Source: Catajapyx aquilonaris (taxonomy: Eukaryota). From it: 64,000 nucleotides of DNA. Where the stretch lies: NCBI GenBank assembly GCA_000934665.2, contig JYFJ02001950.1:1-64000 (forward strand), given 5' to 3'. A program made the position numbers and the translations under genes. The first letter of the stretch is position 1, and every line of letters begins with the position of its first letter. Of the stretch, positions 62,528-64,000 are shown in pieces. The notes beneath the pieces were generated by a model. It was not told where the DNA came from, searched no databases, and was given only the letters and a program-made list of their open reading frames with translations.

Positions 62528-64000
62528 CTGAAAGAAATTCTACTTGGCGCTTTATACTCATTTCTTTGCAAATCGCAGAGGTAACGTATAAAGTGCCCCA
62601 TTTTTTCACAAATATTTACACACTCCTGAATGCATTACTAGTTTACGACCATATCGAAAATGCTACATAGCCATGTATATCGCGTGATTCTATCTAGGCT
62701 CACTCTAATATTTAAGCGTGTAATAAGCAGATTTAATAAATGCGCAGAGTTTGATGCAGGCATGCATATATTATGCTCTGATTGGATACGTAATAATGCA
62801 CTTTCTTAATTAAAGCGTTTCTCGGAAGAATCTCATATGTCAAGTGACAACAATTTTCCAGGAAACAAAAAAAGTGCCCATGGGTTATACTAATTGCTTT
62901 GGCCAGTCTGTTTTATATGTTAGTGTATATGATACACACTTGCATTCAACTATTCAAATTAGACACTATAATGCTATTTTAAATTATCATAATATTATTT
63001 TGAAATTCTTGTGATTTTTCCGGAATTATCACAAAAACTACCTTCTTTTTATGGAAATACATGCTTATATGCATTGATTCATCGATCACACCAATTTCCT
63101 GATCATCTGGGAGGATAGAACGTCCTCTAATCAGATACACGTGTATTATTGCGGTGGACCATCGTGTAGATTGTAGAGGAACCGGACGACTGATAAAACT
63201 TCAAGATGCTGTTCCTTTTCCTATGCATGAGACTGAGGTTTCAGTTTTATCGACACACACTACAATCCTGTACTACACAAAATTGTAACATGTACTGCAT
63301 GTATCACTTCGAGGCGTGCCAAACTTTAAATTGTAATTCTGCATGAAAATCTTGCAGTAATGAAAATCTTCCAGTAAACTTTGTAAGTCACATGAATATC
63401 TGGCTTACTTTCGTCCAATGTATGAGGCTGACAGAAAGCCTTTCAGGAAGGTAATATACATACCGCTACGTGAATATTTCTGGCGCGAGTATAGTGAGAC
63501 TGATTAGCCTTGAATGCCTTAACATGTTTCATGATGAACATCAACGACATGTCCTGGGGTGGTGCTTAGATAATTTGGGAGTATACCATGTTTTACAAGA
63601 TACTCCTGAAGCCTTCTAATCCTATGATTTCATGAAAAATCTCACATGTCACCACTGATATGTGCTGGGATTCTTCCGGGAAATCACAAAGGTTGGAATG
63701 ATCTGATATTATTTTCCCTTCAATATCTGCAACAACAGTGGAGTTTTTTTCAGAAATAGGAGATGAGCATTGGATGGAGGGCTTCCGAAAGTATGTACGG
63801 TATTACTACCCTTAACTCATTTTTTTCAAATTTTATGACATATGGGGTTATTCCGAGAAACGCTTCACTGAATTATTTGGAGTGTTTCCCAATTGAAGTG
63901 GTTTCCAGCAATATTTTAAATAAACCTTCTCTTTCAACTGCCTCAATTAATATTTAATATTATATTTTACTATTCATTACTCTCCCTATACTTTTTCAGT

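Noticed and set aside
63400..63735. Possible further upstream NIT-GC exons (AA|GTAAGC at ~63409; gttgcAG...CAT|GTGAGA at ~63727-63646)
   Set aside because: The translations lack the expected LQxER-type NIT helix, and either the phase or the acceptor does not fit. The 5' end is probably outside the window.

Overview
Eukaryotic, most likely arthropod, genomic DNA with two convergent intron-containing genes in the last 21 kb. The first ~43 kb has no recognisable protein-coding sequence. (1) Plus strand: a complete TRIM-NHL E3 ligase gene, orthologous to Drosophila thin/abba and C. elegans nhl-1. CDS join(43311..43445,43836..47752,50070..50283), 1421 aa: RING, B-box, coiled coil, long disordered linker, six NHL repeats. 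(2) Minus strand: a 5'-truncated guanylyl cyclase gene with 10 coding exons from 62527 to 57506. Its architecture is NIT-like sensor, one TM helix, coiled coil and an intact GTP-specific cyclase, with no kinase-homology domain (NIT-GC family). The non-coding DNA holds two small non-autonomous Helitrons, a ~290-bp foldback MITE inside a tandem duplication, three ultrashort TA-flanked TIR elements, another tandem duplication and several hairpins. The best leads are the NIT-GC sensor, a possible intron-retained thin isoform with a hydrophobic tail, and possible alternative 3' exons in both genes. No prokaryotic systems, rRNA, tRNA or CRISPR were seen. All homology calls come from motif recognition, not from database searches.
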